DNA of 63,775 nt, counting the filler, from Lenisia limosa (lineage: Eukaryota > Protista > Breviatea), in assembly GCA_001655205.1 (NCBI GenBank). It is 10 parts of 10 records of this genome, joined end to end, with 100 filler letters (N's around TTAATTAATTAA, not from the genome) between each part and the next. Parts side by side here need not be neighbours in the genome. Positions count along the whole stretch, not along the records: positions 1 to 21,297 come from LPNZ01008150.1; positions 21,398 to 24,457 come from LPNZ01002627.1; positions 24,558 to 28,111 come from LPNZ01001644.1; 7 more parts are not named here. One strand, 5' to 3'. The notes under the pieces were generated by a model that made no database searches, was not told the DNA's origin, and saw only the letters and a program-made list of their open reading frames with translations. Within the stretch, counting starts at the first letter, position 1. Each line of letters opens with the position of its first letter. This document shows, piece after piece, positions 13,201-24,838 of the stretch. Made by a program: the position numbers and the translations under genes.

Positions 13201-15830
13201 AAGAGACACATAACGCTCATCTCAACGAAAGTATCCTTGTCAATCACGACAAAAATGACCTTCGTTAGCGTTTACTCTGAAAATACATTGCAATCAAGTC
13301 CCCCCAAGTTTATCATTAATACCTGGTCATAAGAGTTGATATTTTTGTTTACGCTCACCCCCCCCCCAGAGGAGCGCCTGGACCTTGCCAACCAGGAGCT
13401 AGCAGCCCGATTGGCCGACTTGTCCGCCACCGAAATGAGCCTGATTGAGGCCGAGAAGAAAGCCAATGTGGGGGGGGGGGATATCTTTTGGAGATTGACA
13501 GGAATGACTTGTCAGGCAGCAGCAACTCTTGAAGCCGAACTTGCGAGTCAGCATGTGCAGCAGCAGAAGGTTGAGTCTGAGATCTCTAATCTTGTGAAGA
13601 GCAACAATGAGACCCTTGGTAGGCTTCAAGGGCTTATGTGCCGATGCTGCAGAAGCGACTGGCNNNNNNNNNNNNNNNNNNNNNNNNNNNNNNNNNNNNN
13701 NNNNNNNNNNNNNNNNNNNNNNNNNNNNNNNNNNNNNNNNNNNNNNNNNNNNNNNNNCAGACAAGGTAAGGGCAGATTTGGATATTGCACAAGGAGATGC
13801 CAAAAATGCGACACTTCACGAAAAGGAGCTTTCAGCCACAGTCGAGGTGTGTGATAGTGCCCTCTTCTTAGAATTATAATATGTGTACCATATGTAATAT
13901 ATATTATCCTTGATATTATACATATATTATATACTATATAGTATAGTATATGATATATATATAGACATGTACATATACTATATGCATATTTTATACTTGA
14001 TACCATACATATGCATACTATNNNNNNNNNNTTTAGTGGATTAACGGAAGCGTTTACCCATTCCCAAGGCGTCCAATCTTGTGCTGTAGTAGGTTTCCCG
14101 TTTCTTCTAACCCTCCAGATTGGTCTTTCTGAGCAATGTGATTTCAAGTAGCATCTTGGAATCATCTCCCATTCTCTCCTTTCTTCTCTCTCTCTACTCA
14201 CCCCTTTCTCTCTCCTTCAATAATGTCATGGATAAAACGGATTTAATCTCCCTCTGGTTCTTAAATATGTCTTTTTAACCCATTATGTAGCTTTGCCAGT
14301 CTTCCGCACCAGTCTCCTACACCAAGGTTTGAAGAATTATAGTTTTTGCCAATATCACAGCTTCTTGACTGATTGATATTTTCTAATGTTACAACCCTGC
14401 TATTTTTAGCAATACTGATAATTTTAGTTGACTTCCATGGCCAATGATATTGATCAAGTTGCATGCTTCCATAGCAGTGACTGTGTATTTTTGACAAGTA
14501 TGTGTTGCCCTGTTCTAAAATAATAAAAACCTTAATTGAAGTCTAATATTCCTTCTAGAATCTGGGGATATCAAAATGTGTGGAAGTCATATTCCTGAGA
14601 ATGGTGGCACACACTCATCTCCGGTAAGCAAGGGTTATAACATGTACTGACTCACTCATTCGTAAAAAAAAACTAAATATTTTATCGAAGTGCAGTGTTT
14701 CCCCAATGAAAACAATCAATAATAATAGTGTGTTGTTGATCGTGTATTCTCTGTTACTCACAGTTTTATATGGCGACAACAAAATTTGTGTTTCCACCAA
14801 AAATACATACGTTTTTTTGCCATTAATACAGCTGGTAGCTGAAATGATGATCTTCGTGCCATTTTAGAGAGACTTTGCCTTTTGGAAGATGAACTCTGAC
14901 ATATTTGTTAATATGATTGAATGAAGATCTCATTAATAAAGATATTACCCAGGCTCATATCTTATAAGATATGCATATACTATACTACCAATATAAATAC
15001 TGATTATCTTGACACTCCAGGTCACTATTACGAACTATGCCAAGTCCATTGTTAACGCAGGATGTACTTCAAGCCCGATACCTTCCATTTCTGGAGGACA
15101 CTATACTATTCAATTCGAAAGCGGTTAGTGATATACTATATCATATGTACGTGCAACTTCTTGGTTCTGAAAGTTGCTAATCTACCAATATACGTTTGAT
15201 AACTGTAATACTGTTCATTGAGCATCATCCCATCAAAGCATATAAAAGGCTGTGACATTCCAACGGCTTACACCATCTAGCTTGTAACAAAAACACACTC
15301 TTTGCTACTGGATTGAACACCGATGGACTCTGCCGCCCAGCACATCCGGGAGCCGTTATTGTGGTGAGGGGAAGGGGAAGGCTCAGTTTTATTCTGGAAT
15401 TATTTTTTAAGAGTTTTGTCAACGCTCATCATAAATATCTTAGCTATTATTTCTTCCTTGCTCGGAAGTTTGAGTTGAACAGTTTAATTTCCGTTTTGGA
15501 TCTTAGTTTCCGTTATCCCTCTCTTTGATATGGTTAACACATTAGCCTGTGATTGAGGCCCCATCGCCTATCTTGGAATTTGCAGTTGTCGGACAGCAGA
15601 GCGTCGTAATCGCCTAAGCACTTGTTAATATTATTAATATATATCTTATCTATTATTGCTGATGGTGAAGTATCACTTTGGCATCCCACCATCCCACCCG
15701 CACCTCCCTCATCGTTCTTTAGGCAAACCCCTTGTAATTAGAATGAGACGTTCATCACACCGTAGCACAGCTAGGCAAGCGTGATGACTTCAGTGAGTGT
15801 GGACTTGAGAGAACCAGACATTATGAACTC
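7221..15830 (+). CDS. RCC1/BLIP-II-like repeat protein with N-terminal Cys-rich CCP/sushi-like modules; many small exons, ends approximate
   Basis: RCC1-like units: HVALGLSFMVAAGS-DGVVRCVGRNSNNQCGGG; ATGRSYSWGRHDY; VPLPEGRSIEQVKVGIAVVVYIL-DNNDIYGGGYN; KTVELSNVHFAVLF-ENGNLYV (11338-11551); DIDQVACFHSSDCVFLT-KSGDIKMCG (14428-14630); NTLFATGLNTDGLC. Cys modules: CPIGYEATFATKNIACSFQTGWVEEPQC and YETVCEFTCEG. Splice phases were checked for most of the RCC1 exons. Confidence 0.55.
11918..13850 (+). CDS. Fragment of a coiled-coil protein gene on a small contig bounded by ~10-N gaps
   Basis: Exons encode ESTEAELSRIQATYDLLIELVKDKMQ, EERLDLANQELAARLADLSATEMSLIEAEKKAN (13370-13467), AAATLEAELASQHVQQQKVESEISNL and DKVRADLDIAQGDAKNATLHEKEL; heptad-like, with GT-AG borders. 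Confidence 0.5.
12467..12945 (+). repeat. Dispersed/duplicated segment; the second copy is split between 11830-11908 and 14032-14265
   Basis: Shared strings ATTGACATGCGTTGACAAGATATAATTTCAAATTACAACTTGTCTGGACTAGGA, TTAGTGGATTAACGGAAGCGTTTA, CTAACCCTCCAGATTGGTCTTTCTGAGCAATGTGATTTCAAGTAGC and GGATAAAACGGATTTAAT. Confidence 0.85.
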
Positions 15831-16141
15831 ACTTCCTCCATTGTTGAAGAAGTTGTACTCATAAAGGGCAGTCTATCATCATGAGAATGAAATAATGAAA
15901 CGAATTCTCAACATGACCCACCCATGACCCGTCACAGTACCGATGTTTTTAAACAAAATGGCCTAAACAAAACAAAAAAAAACCGTTCCTCTTAAAAGGT
16001 CAATAAAGAATACGAAGGTAGCCGGATACCCTCCACCACTGGATTTCAATTAACATTATTTGAAATTTACTACGGTTTTTTAAAACGATTTGAAAAGGAG
16101 CGCCAACAAGTCCGTTTATTAGAAAATAAGCGCTCTTGAGC

Positions 16142-19100
16142 TCATACAGGGTCAGGAGTAAGGCCTCTCTCATAACTCTTCTTGACTTCTTCGGGGGTCA
16201 TACCGTGACCATGGATTCTAGCCTATGGATGTGATGTGAGTAAAAAGCTCATGGTAAACCAAATAGAACTGATCCACACGAAGGAATTGCAAAACAACGA
16301 GAATAATTGGTCACCCCCCCCACCATAAGATGGCGAGACCCCGCATTGGGACGCCAGTTATTGTCGACCTGCACAACATTGTTCTTGACATATGCGGACA
16401 GATAGAGAGCCTGAAAAGAATCAGACATATATACATGTAGTATATACTGTATGTGTATCATATGTAGCTACATCCATTATTAATATGTACTATTTTCAGG
16501 TTAAGGAATCATATTATATATGCATATAGTATATGATATATCATTATATGATATCATTAAAGACGTCATGGGTACTATTTGAGTAGAAATGTATTTTGTG
16601 CTGTGAAGTCATCCCCATACGGAGACCTCAGCCGGGTCAAACTGAACATCATCCTCATCAACGCAGTTGATGTAGTCGCTGTCAACATGCATCGAAATAT
16701 GTGTACTAGGAGGAGTGAGGGGGAAATATACACCTTTGGTGTATCTCAGAAAAACAACTCCGTGAAAGTTGACTTACCCATTCAAGCTCATTACAAAATG
16801 GTGATATTTTGAGAAGTCGAAATCACCTATAAGTATCAATTGAAAAGACCCAAGAAAATTAGTAAAAAAAAATAGAGGGATAAAAGCCTGTTTCACCCAT
16901 CAATAACTATTTACTCTGCTCAGGTTGGACTGCTGGACAAATTGAATATCATATCAATTTCCAGTTGCAATACTGCTAACACTTGAGAAAACGCAGAAAT
17001 ATACATAGTATATATTATCGACTAGTTATTATATCATATCATGAATATAAAATCTCAAGACATATTACCTCGAAAATAACTCAGCTCTCCACTAACTAAA
17101 GCTTGGGCAGCTGTAACTCCTGCCGGTTGTGGTATAGTAGTGAACTCTGTCAGGTCCCTACGACAGTGAAAATGAGACCAATCCACTTCGTCATGCTATA
17201 TCCCTAATGTCAAATTTACGAGGCAAAAGAAAGCGGCATTGATAATAATAACCGTGTGCGGGTCCGAAAAGTACTGGTAACATATGGGAGATATGGAATT
17301 CATGACAAGAGTAGAAGAGAGTCACATACCGTGATGAGGGTCAAAAGGAAGGGTGTGGTCACACTGGCAACACCACCACCGAAGATTCCATTCATGTCAT
17401 GGTTCACAGGCTTCGTCCAGACCTACACAGGGATTGGTGAGAGAGAATCTTAAATGCAAATTGTTATTTAACATGGCATCTGGTGTGACTTCTAAAAAGG
17501 GTGCCCATTGAAGTCAAAATCAATATGATGTCCAATAAAAAAACAAATTGGTTAGGACTTATTCCGGTCAAAGTACGTCATATACAATTCGATTCGCAAA
17601 CCCATTAATTCACGCCTCCAACCTCAACCGTGAGAGATGAGTTAAGATGGAGACCGGAAACGTGTGCGTAGTCTCCTGCAGAGTCCGCAAGGAGACTTGA
17701 TGCTGGGGGGGGGGGGGAAANNNNNNNNNNNNNNNNNNNNNNNNNNNNNNNNNNNNNNNNNNNNNNNNNNNNNNNNNNNNNNNNNNNNNNNNNNNNNNCA
17801 ACCAGCGCTAAAACTAGACAAAAGCCAGATGACAAAAACACAAAAACAAAAACAAGCCCGAAACACCGCTCGATCACGGGGGGTGAATAGAAATGTTTCA
17901 GAAAACTTGGCAAGAAAATATGCAAAAAAAAAAACATAAACTCGCATCACTTCACTGAGACGATGACCCAAAATAATGGGTCATAGAGTTGTAGTACTTT
18001 CCCAATTACAGCAGACACTTGCCCCCACTACCAGAGGTGAAGTCGCTTGTCACTACGCTGCCACACACCGTACCACTACACGACTGGCAGAATTAAATAC
18101 TATAGGAGAGCCAGGTCACACAAAATAAAAGTAAAAACAACATATGATAGACTGCATATTATATCGATACTGTGTCAACTTTACAGAAAATCAATTTAAG
18201 TTGGGGTTAACTTTGACCTCAAAAGGGTGCCCATCAAGCATATGTTTCCAGTTTCAAACAACAAACTACAAGTTGATATGAAAAATAATATATAGTACAC
18301 CACATCATTACCGAATTAAACCTGTGATAGAAGCCATACCTCACGCATCAAGAAATAATCCCACCTTATACTCGTATGCAGTCTGGTAAGTCGGGCCATT
18401 CCCACCTTATACTCGTATGCAGTCTGGTAAGTCGGGCCATTAACAACAAAGAAGTCTTCTCCGGCACTAATAGACCGCTTAATCCAGGAGGAACCTCCAC
18501 TGGGTCGATATTTAGCACTACAAGTGGAGGTTTCAAACAGTTGTGGAAGGGGGGGGGGGGGTAAAAANNNNNNNNNNNNNNNNNNNNNNNNNNNNNNNNN
18601 NNNNNNNNNNNNNNNNNNNNNNNNNNNNNNNNNNNNNNNNNNNNNNNNNNNNNNNNNNNNNNNNNNNNNNNNNNNNNNNNNNNNNNNNNNNNNNNNNNNN
18701 NNNNNNNNNNNNNNNNNNNNNNNNNAAACCAGGGTTGAGGGTAAATGGAAACATGAAACCAAACAAAAAGCCTAAAAACGACTCTTAGGTTGACAATCCC
18801 TCAGACCCCCTGATCAGTCCTCCACCACCACGCACCATCATTGAAAAGTCACTCAAGCCTGTTGACAGGAGATCTGAAGCATCCACTCGCATTCGATCAT
18901 CAATGGTGATGTATACACTATGGTTTTCAAGCGCAGCTGTATGGTCATTTGGGTAAGATAGGAAAGTAACAGAATGCTCAAGTAGTATTTGTGTAAAACT
19001 ATCAAATGAATAAACTGCATATCTCGTATGTGTAACAAGATAAACAAGTTTTGAAGAAACAATAAAAACATGACAGTAAGTATGATAAGTAAGTTCTTCT

Positions 19101-19482
19101 TATTAGCAACCCTCCCACCCTTGGCCTTGAGCTCGGCCACATCCGATTTGAGGGCAGCAATTGTATCTACCAAGGACTCCCCTGTTACACGTTAACACAC
19201 AGTACAGCAAAACCCTAAAATTCAGAAAGGTAAACGTGCTTGGGGATATAGAACATGAATAATATTATTCATTAATATGCAGAGGAACCCTTGATAAAAG
19301 CACCTAAGGCTGGATTGTGTACATACAATTCAACATTGATAGGAGGGTGACCCAGAACCACAGAACATACCATTCAAAATGAGGTCGGGAGCACTTGGTA
19401 TTCCAGAAGGCTGCAAAATGAAGGCATATGTAGGTAATGCAATCAGCAACGCTGCAAGCCAAGGAAGAGTGGAAAATAACAT
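16142..19482 (-). CDS. Secreted protein: signal peptide, short coiled coil, FN3-like and LamG/concanavalin-like domain
   Basis: MLFSTLPWLAALLIALPTYAF (signal peptide-like); LVDTIAALKSDVAELKAKG; KYRPSGGSSWIKRS...VNGPTYQTAYEYK (FN3-like); LHLNSSLTVEVWTKP, KYHHFVMSLNGTHISMHVD and IHGHGMTPEEVKKSYE (LamG-like); stop at 16142-16144. Confidence 0.65.
18360..18441. repeat. Exact 41-bp tandem duplication spanning an exon 3' end and its donor site
   Basis: CCCACCTTATACTCGTATGCAGTCTGGTAAGTCGGGCCATT x2. Confidence 0.95.
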
Positions 19483-19692
19483 TTTTCCATCAACAATACT
19501 CTCTCGGCTGGCTGGTTCAGGCTTGTTCTTGTTGTTTCTTTCTTTCTGGCTGCTGCACTTAAGATATTTACTTCAATGTGGGAAGTTGCAGTTTGAGGGA
19601 GGGGGGGGGCAGGGAAGGGCCAACCCTAATCACAAGTAATCATTTTAAGGGGGCCCGAAAGAAAATACAAATAAGCGCTTAATAAACGCAAA

Positions 19693-21198
19693 ATGAAGGC
19701 TCTTATTCTTGTTGGTGGATATGGGACTCGTTTGAGGCCCCTTACATTCACGCTTCCCAAGCCATGCGTTCCCTTTTGGTGAGTCCATCTTCCTAAGCCT
19801 TTTCTAACCATCTATGGCATCCCAACAATTATTCTAACGCTAAATACAGCAACAAGTAAGCTAAGTGTATCATAAGGCTTTATTTATCCTCTAGAGCCAT
19901 TGTTCTTCACCAGATCGACGCTCTTGCCAAGGTTGGCGTGACTGAGGTCATTCTTGCCGTCAACTACCAGCCTGAAGGTATGCCATTGGCTTTACGGCCG
20001 TATCAGTGGGATGATCAGAAGATTTGTTTTTGTGAGGTTTATGCTTCTCTTTTCAAACCTGGCTCCATGGCTTACAAATGGTTCTGTTAGGCGTAAAAAC
20101 AAGCTATGGGGGGGGGGGGGTTTCCCTCNNNNNNNNNNNNNNNNNNNNNNNNNNNNNNNNNNNNNNNNNNNNNNNNNNNNNNNNNNNNNNNNNNNNNNNN
20201 NNNNNNNNNNNNNNNCACGTAGATAAACAACTAAGCTCATCTATAAATATTAATGCGTGTAGAACTGACCAAGCTCTGTGACGAGTACTCGGAGCGCACT
20301 GGTATCAAGGTGTCATACTCTCTTGAAACCGAGCCCATGGGAACTGGTAGGGAGGTGAAGCTTGAGATTGTTGTGCTGTTATAGTTTAACTCGGATTGAG
20401 CGAGTCCAACCGTTAATAGTTTTTCTTTTACCAACTCGGATTGAAACATCTGCAAGTTAGACATGAGAAAATAGTCCCACGACTGACTTTCCAGCTGGCC
20501 CTCTGGCTTTGGCCCGCGAACGTCTCAATGACGGCGATCCGTTCTTCGTCCTCAACAGGTGGGACTGGGCAGAGGGCGTTATTTCCCTCAATGGCTGTTT
20601 TGGTTTCAAAGTCCATTATTGGTGTTACAACCTTCCTCATTATCTTTTGTAACATTCAAGGGACGGGTTACACACTCACCCGGAATAATCCGTTCTCGCT
20701 TCTACTTTCTCACGGTTCGCCCTCACCCATATAGTGACGTGACTTGCGAATACCCCTTCGAACGCATGCTCAAGTTCCACCGTGCCCATGGCAAGGAAGG
20801 CTCAATCTTTGTGGGTATTTTATATTTGCCTTGAATATCGTGTAGGTTTTTATGTCTGCATATCCTTGCGAGTTGGCTGCTTATCGAACAGGTAACCAAG
20901 GTTGAAGATCCCTCCAAGTACGGAGTGGTTGTCTCAGGAGAAGGCGGCAAAATCGAACGTTTTGTTGAGAAGCCAAAGATCTTCGTTGGCGACCACATCA
21001 ACGCCGGCATGTACATTTTCAACCCTGACATTCTCAACAGAGTCCCTGTGGGGGGGGGGTGCTCTCAATCGAGGTTTTTTTAAAGAAGGACATGAAAGTG
21101 GAAATCTTGTTGATCCTAATAAATAGACGTGGCTCATACTGTATTTATTATCTTAGCTTCGCCCTACCTCAATTGAAAAGGAGATCTTCCCAAAGATG
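19693..21198 (+). CDS. GMPPB: Mannose-1-phosphate guanylyltransferase (GDP-mannose pyrophosphorylase), 5' part; C-terminal region lost at a contig spacer
   Basis: [58 protein letters not shown]...[15 protein letters not shown]...[14 protein letters not shown]...[14 protein letters not shown]...FVEKPK...[10 protein letters not shown]...[13 protein letters not shown]. Confidence 0.95.
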
Positions 21199-21297
21199 GT
21201 GAGCAAAAGAACGGGCAGACCTATAACCCTGTAGTATATGTTTGAACATTGCTTCGTGTTAACTTCCAATTTACCCCCCTCCCCGGCCTTATTTTGT

Positions 21298-21397
21298 NNN
21301 NNNNNNNNNNNNNNNNNNNNNNNNNNNNNNNNNNNNNNNNNTTAATTAATTAANNNNNNNNNNNNNNNNNNNNNNNNNNNNNNNNNNNNNNNNNNNN
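21298..21397. other. Artificial contig spacer (44 N + TTAATTAATTAA + 44 N). Identical spacers at 24458-24557, 28112-28211, 33597-33696, 40100-40199, 48198-48297, 56025-56124, 60295-60394 and 61913-62012
   Basis: Identical length and a six-frame stop linker at nine positions. Confidence 0.97.
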
Positions 21398-22389
21398 CCA
21401 CCCCGGATCCTTCAGGGGCCAAGCCACCACCAAGGGTGCGTAGCACCACCCCAGGTTAGCGGGCTTCTAATCACACGCTTTTCCCCTAGCTTTTATATCG
21501 CCACGATGCGTTGAATAGCTATTCTAATAGGACAATTCCCCCTCGGTCTGTTTGAAACTCACGCTATTATAATGCTGGTGTTAAAATTCTATGCCAGGGA
21601 CTAGTTTAGACCCTTGGGTTATTTATGTAGTACTACGCAATACTATTGACCAAAGATAGTAAGGAACAGCCCAACTTGTCAACCCTTTGCTATCGGTTGC
21701 CTTCTGTTTCGTTTGACCCCCCCCCCCCCNNNNNNNNNNNNNNNNNNNNNNNNNNNNNNNNNNNNNNNNNNNNNNNNNNNNNNNNNNNNNNNNNNNNNNN
21801 NNNNNNNNNNNNNNNNNNNNNNNNNNNNNNNNNNNNNNNNNNNNNCGGAAATGGCCGAGCCAAGGTCCCGGCGGAACTCTGGACATTCACGCACACCTTC
21901 GGATTCCCAGAAGTCCACTCGCTCTCGGGGCTGAAGGCATGAATTCAACTCTATTATTGTTTCTTCTTCTTGTGTTGTAATTTTAAGGTTTTTTTGTGTA
22001 CTTTTTTGAATGTTTTACAATGTATTATTAATATCTCGCAAAAGTCTTGGATATATGTTCGTATCACACTATGGCATCGATGGGATCCATTATTATCGAT
22101 ATGGAATTTGAAGAAACGGCCCAAATACCACAAGGGAATCCCGTCGATGCGCCGGCGTACTTCTTCATTCAAGAACAGCTTTTGTTTTCTCACAGTAATG
22201 AGGTGTGATTTTGCATGATTTCCAGCTGACCCCCCACCCCTCTCAAGGACTTGGAAAACTAATCCGTTTACCAACACCCAAATCTAGAGGCAAATAGAGG
22301 GATGGGGGTGACACTCAAAAGCAAGGAAGTATCACGTCACTCAATACAGAATGAATTGCACTTAGAACAGGAGCAGGTTAGGGCTGCAC

Positions 22390-24310
22390 CGGTTTGAGGT
22401 TACTGCGGATGTTTTTGAGGAACCGTGACGACATCACTATAGTGCGGAATTAGGGTGACCAGGGTGGAGTACAATTGGAAAATTGATGAAACAAAAAAGC
22501 CCGAATCAACTCTGTTGGCTGAAAACATACAAGGGTTNNNNNNNNNNNNNNNNNNNNNNNNNNNNNNNNNNNNNNNNNNNNNNNNNNNNNNNNNNNNNNN
22601 NNNNNNNNNNNNNNNTTGGGGGGCAAAGGAGAGAAAAAGGCGAAAGGCAGGTTTATTAGGAGGAGAGAGTCATTAAGAAAACCACCTACTAATACTGGAA
22701 TTCTCAAAAGTTAAGTATCCAAACATCAAAAGACACTTACCCAAATATTTATCCTTTGAACAACAATATCCCTCCATGACCCCACTCCCCCCACCAACGG
22801 TTTGTCTGGCTTTGGGCGGCTGTGTGTCCTGTATTATCAATTCAAATGTGTCGAAGTACAACAGTGTTGTTCAGGAAAAACAAAGAGCGTAGATATGATG
22901 AACACAGCCAACTCAATTCGAAACAAGACGAAAGAGAAGTCAACTCAATTCGAAACAAGACAAAAGAGAAGCCAACTCAATTCGAAACAAGACAAAAGAG
23001 AAGCCAACTCAAATCGAAACAAGACAAAAGAGAAGCGGATGGGAAAACGTCCCCTCAATCCAGCCCCATCATACTGGTGGGGGCGGTTTTGGGAGTAGTG
23101 GGGCGTGAGCCTGAAGGGTGAGAGGAGGTGAGGAGGATAAAGGTAAATTCTAGAATTGCAACGATTTGCTCATTGTTTACGATTAATTTTGAGAGGTCAG
23201 AGTGATCTTAATAATCTTTAAGATGAAGAACTGGTCAAGAAGCCTTAAAAATTTTTAAGATGAAGAACTGGTCAAGAAGCCAGTCGTACGTGGGGGCGGG
23301 ACGTAGTATTTCTTCGGGGTTGGTGTGTCATCGAAACTGTCATTATCAGCCTCAGACTCTGTGTCGCTGTATTGGTAGGCATGCTGGGGGGGGGGGGNNN
23401 NNNNNNNNNNNNNNNNNNNNNNNNNNNNNNNNNNNNNNNNNNNNNNNNNNNNNNAGGAAATATCAATGAATCTATCTATTGTCAATCACTCCCATTCATC
23501 CCTCGAAACTTGTCAAAAATCACTCCCACCTTGAACTTGTCCTTGATTTTAGTGAGGAAATGAGGCCTTTGCACCCGCTTCTTGAACTGCAGGGTACCGC
23601 CCGGGGACCTCACACCGGTCTTTTTCAATGTGTTCGCCCGTCCCTGAAGGAGCGAACCAAAGTTCTGGGTGTCAGAATTGGAAAAAATATTGTTTCATGG
23701 GGGGTGGGTCAGGCAGTGGAGAAAGGACAAGGCTTATCAAGCAAATAACAGTAAAACAAGCCCGGATAAAAAGAGGACAAACTAACAAAAATGAAAAATA
23801 AAGATAGCGAATAGTACAAAGCAAAGAAGGAGTAGAATAAAACGGGGAAACCCACAGATTGCGGAGGAGGAGGAGCGGTTCCGATTCGACTGGATGAAAG
23901 GGATGGCTAATTGTTGTGAGGAGAAGGGTGCCACGAATCAACAGCCAATGATGTGTTCTTCTTAATATGATATAAGTAAATGTCATATCATATCATTTAC
24001 CATAATATACTAATGATAAATACCTAATCTTTCGATAATCGTCGAAATATCCGCGATGGCTGATCGGTCTTTTATCGGTCTTTTTTTTGGACCGAATGTC
24101 AAAGAGAATCAACAAATCAGGTGCGATAAGTTAAAGTAGCCTTTTGCCGTATTGGTATATGGTGATAACAATAGTAGAAAACAGTGGTATACGACCTCGG
24201 CACCAAAAAGAGCCGTCCTGCCAACCTTTGGAGGGGGGATGAGGGCGGAAGGAAGGGGAGGGAGAGGAGCTTCAGGCATTGGCGGCGGTGCTGAGAAATG
24301 AAAGATTCGT
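22390..24310 (-). CDS. Proline-rich protein with WH2-like/PRR11-like C-terminal motifs; partial, ends uncertain
   Basis: APPPMPEAPLPPLPSALIPPPK; exon 23530-23643 GRANTLKKTGVRSPGGTLQFKKRVQRPHFLTKIKDKFK spliced in phase to HAYQYSDTESEADNDSFDD; later FLKNIRSNLKP. Confidence 0.5.
22909..23036. repeat. Intronic minisatellite, 4 x 32 bp
   Basis: Unit CAACTCAATTCGAAACAAGACAAAAGAGAAGC, head-to-tail with no spacers. Confidence 0.95.
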
Positions 24311-24838
24311 TTCAGTACAAAAAGAAGCAACAATTCTACCACGGCCTCGACCAGATACATCACCAGTAACATCTCTATCACCATCACCATCATCATCATC
24401 CCCATAACCCAACCACCCACGGGGAGGGGCGCGGGGAGGTGCCTTCTTCACCGTTGGNNNNNNNNNNNNNNNNNNNNNNNNNNNNNNNNNNNNNNNNNNN
24501 NTTAATTAATTAANNNNNNNNNNNNNNNNNNNNNNNNNNNNNNNNNNNNNNNNNNNNTACGGCAGGCGCCGGAATGGTGGGCTATACTGCAGTAGTGTGT
24601 TGCTAAATACTGCGTTATCCGTTGCTAAATGCTACTATGTTGGCAATGTTGCTAAATGCTACAGTGTCAATTCATACATGGGGCATTGGGACACCATAAA
24701 CACCATAGATTTGTTTTTTTTCAAAACCTGGTTTTGTAGCAGAGTTGATTCTGGGTTGTTTTGTTTCATAATTTTTCCATTTTGACTTGATTTTGGGTTT
24801 ATTGTTTGTTTCATAATTTTTCAATTTTACCCCCCAGG

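Noticed and set aside
21342-21353. Recurrent TTAATTAATTAA motif
   Set aside because: Always centred in 44+44 N; a synthetic six-frame-stop contig linker, not biology.
21398-21942. Reading the post-spacer segment as the GMPP C-terminus
   Set aside because: No FWMDIG motif or hexapeptide repeats; it ends a different unidentified ORF, showing that the spacer joins non-adjacent sequence.
22909-23036. 32-bp repeats of CRISPR-like length (also the 26-bp and 40-bp arrays)
   Set aside because: Head-to-tail with no unique spacers, no cas genes, eukaryotic context; these are minisatellites.
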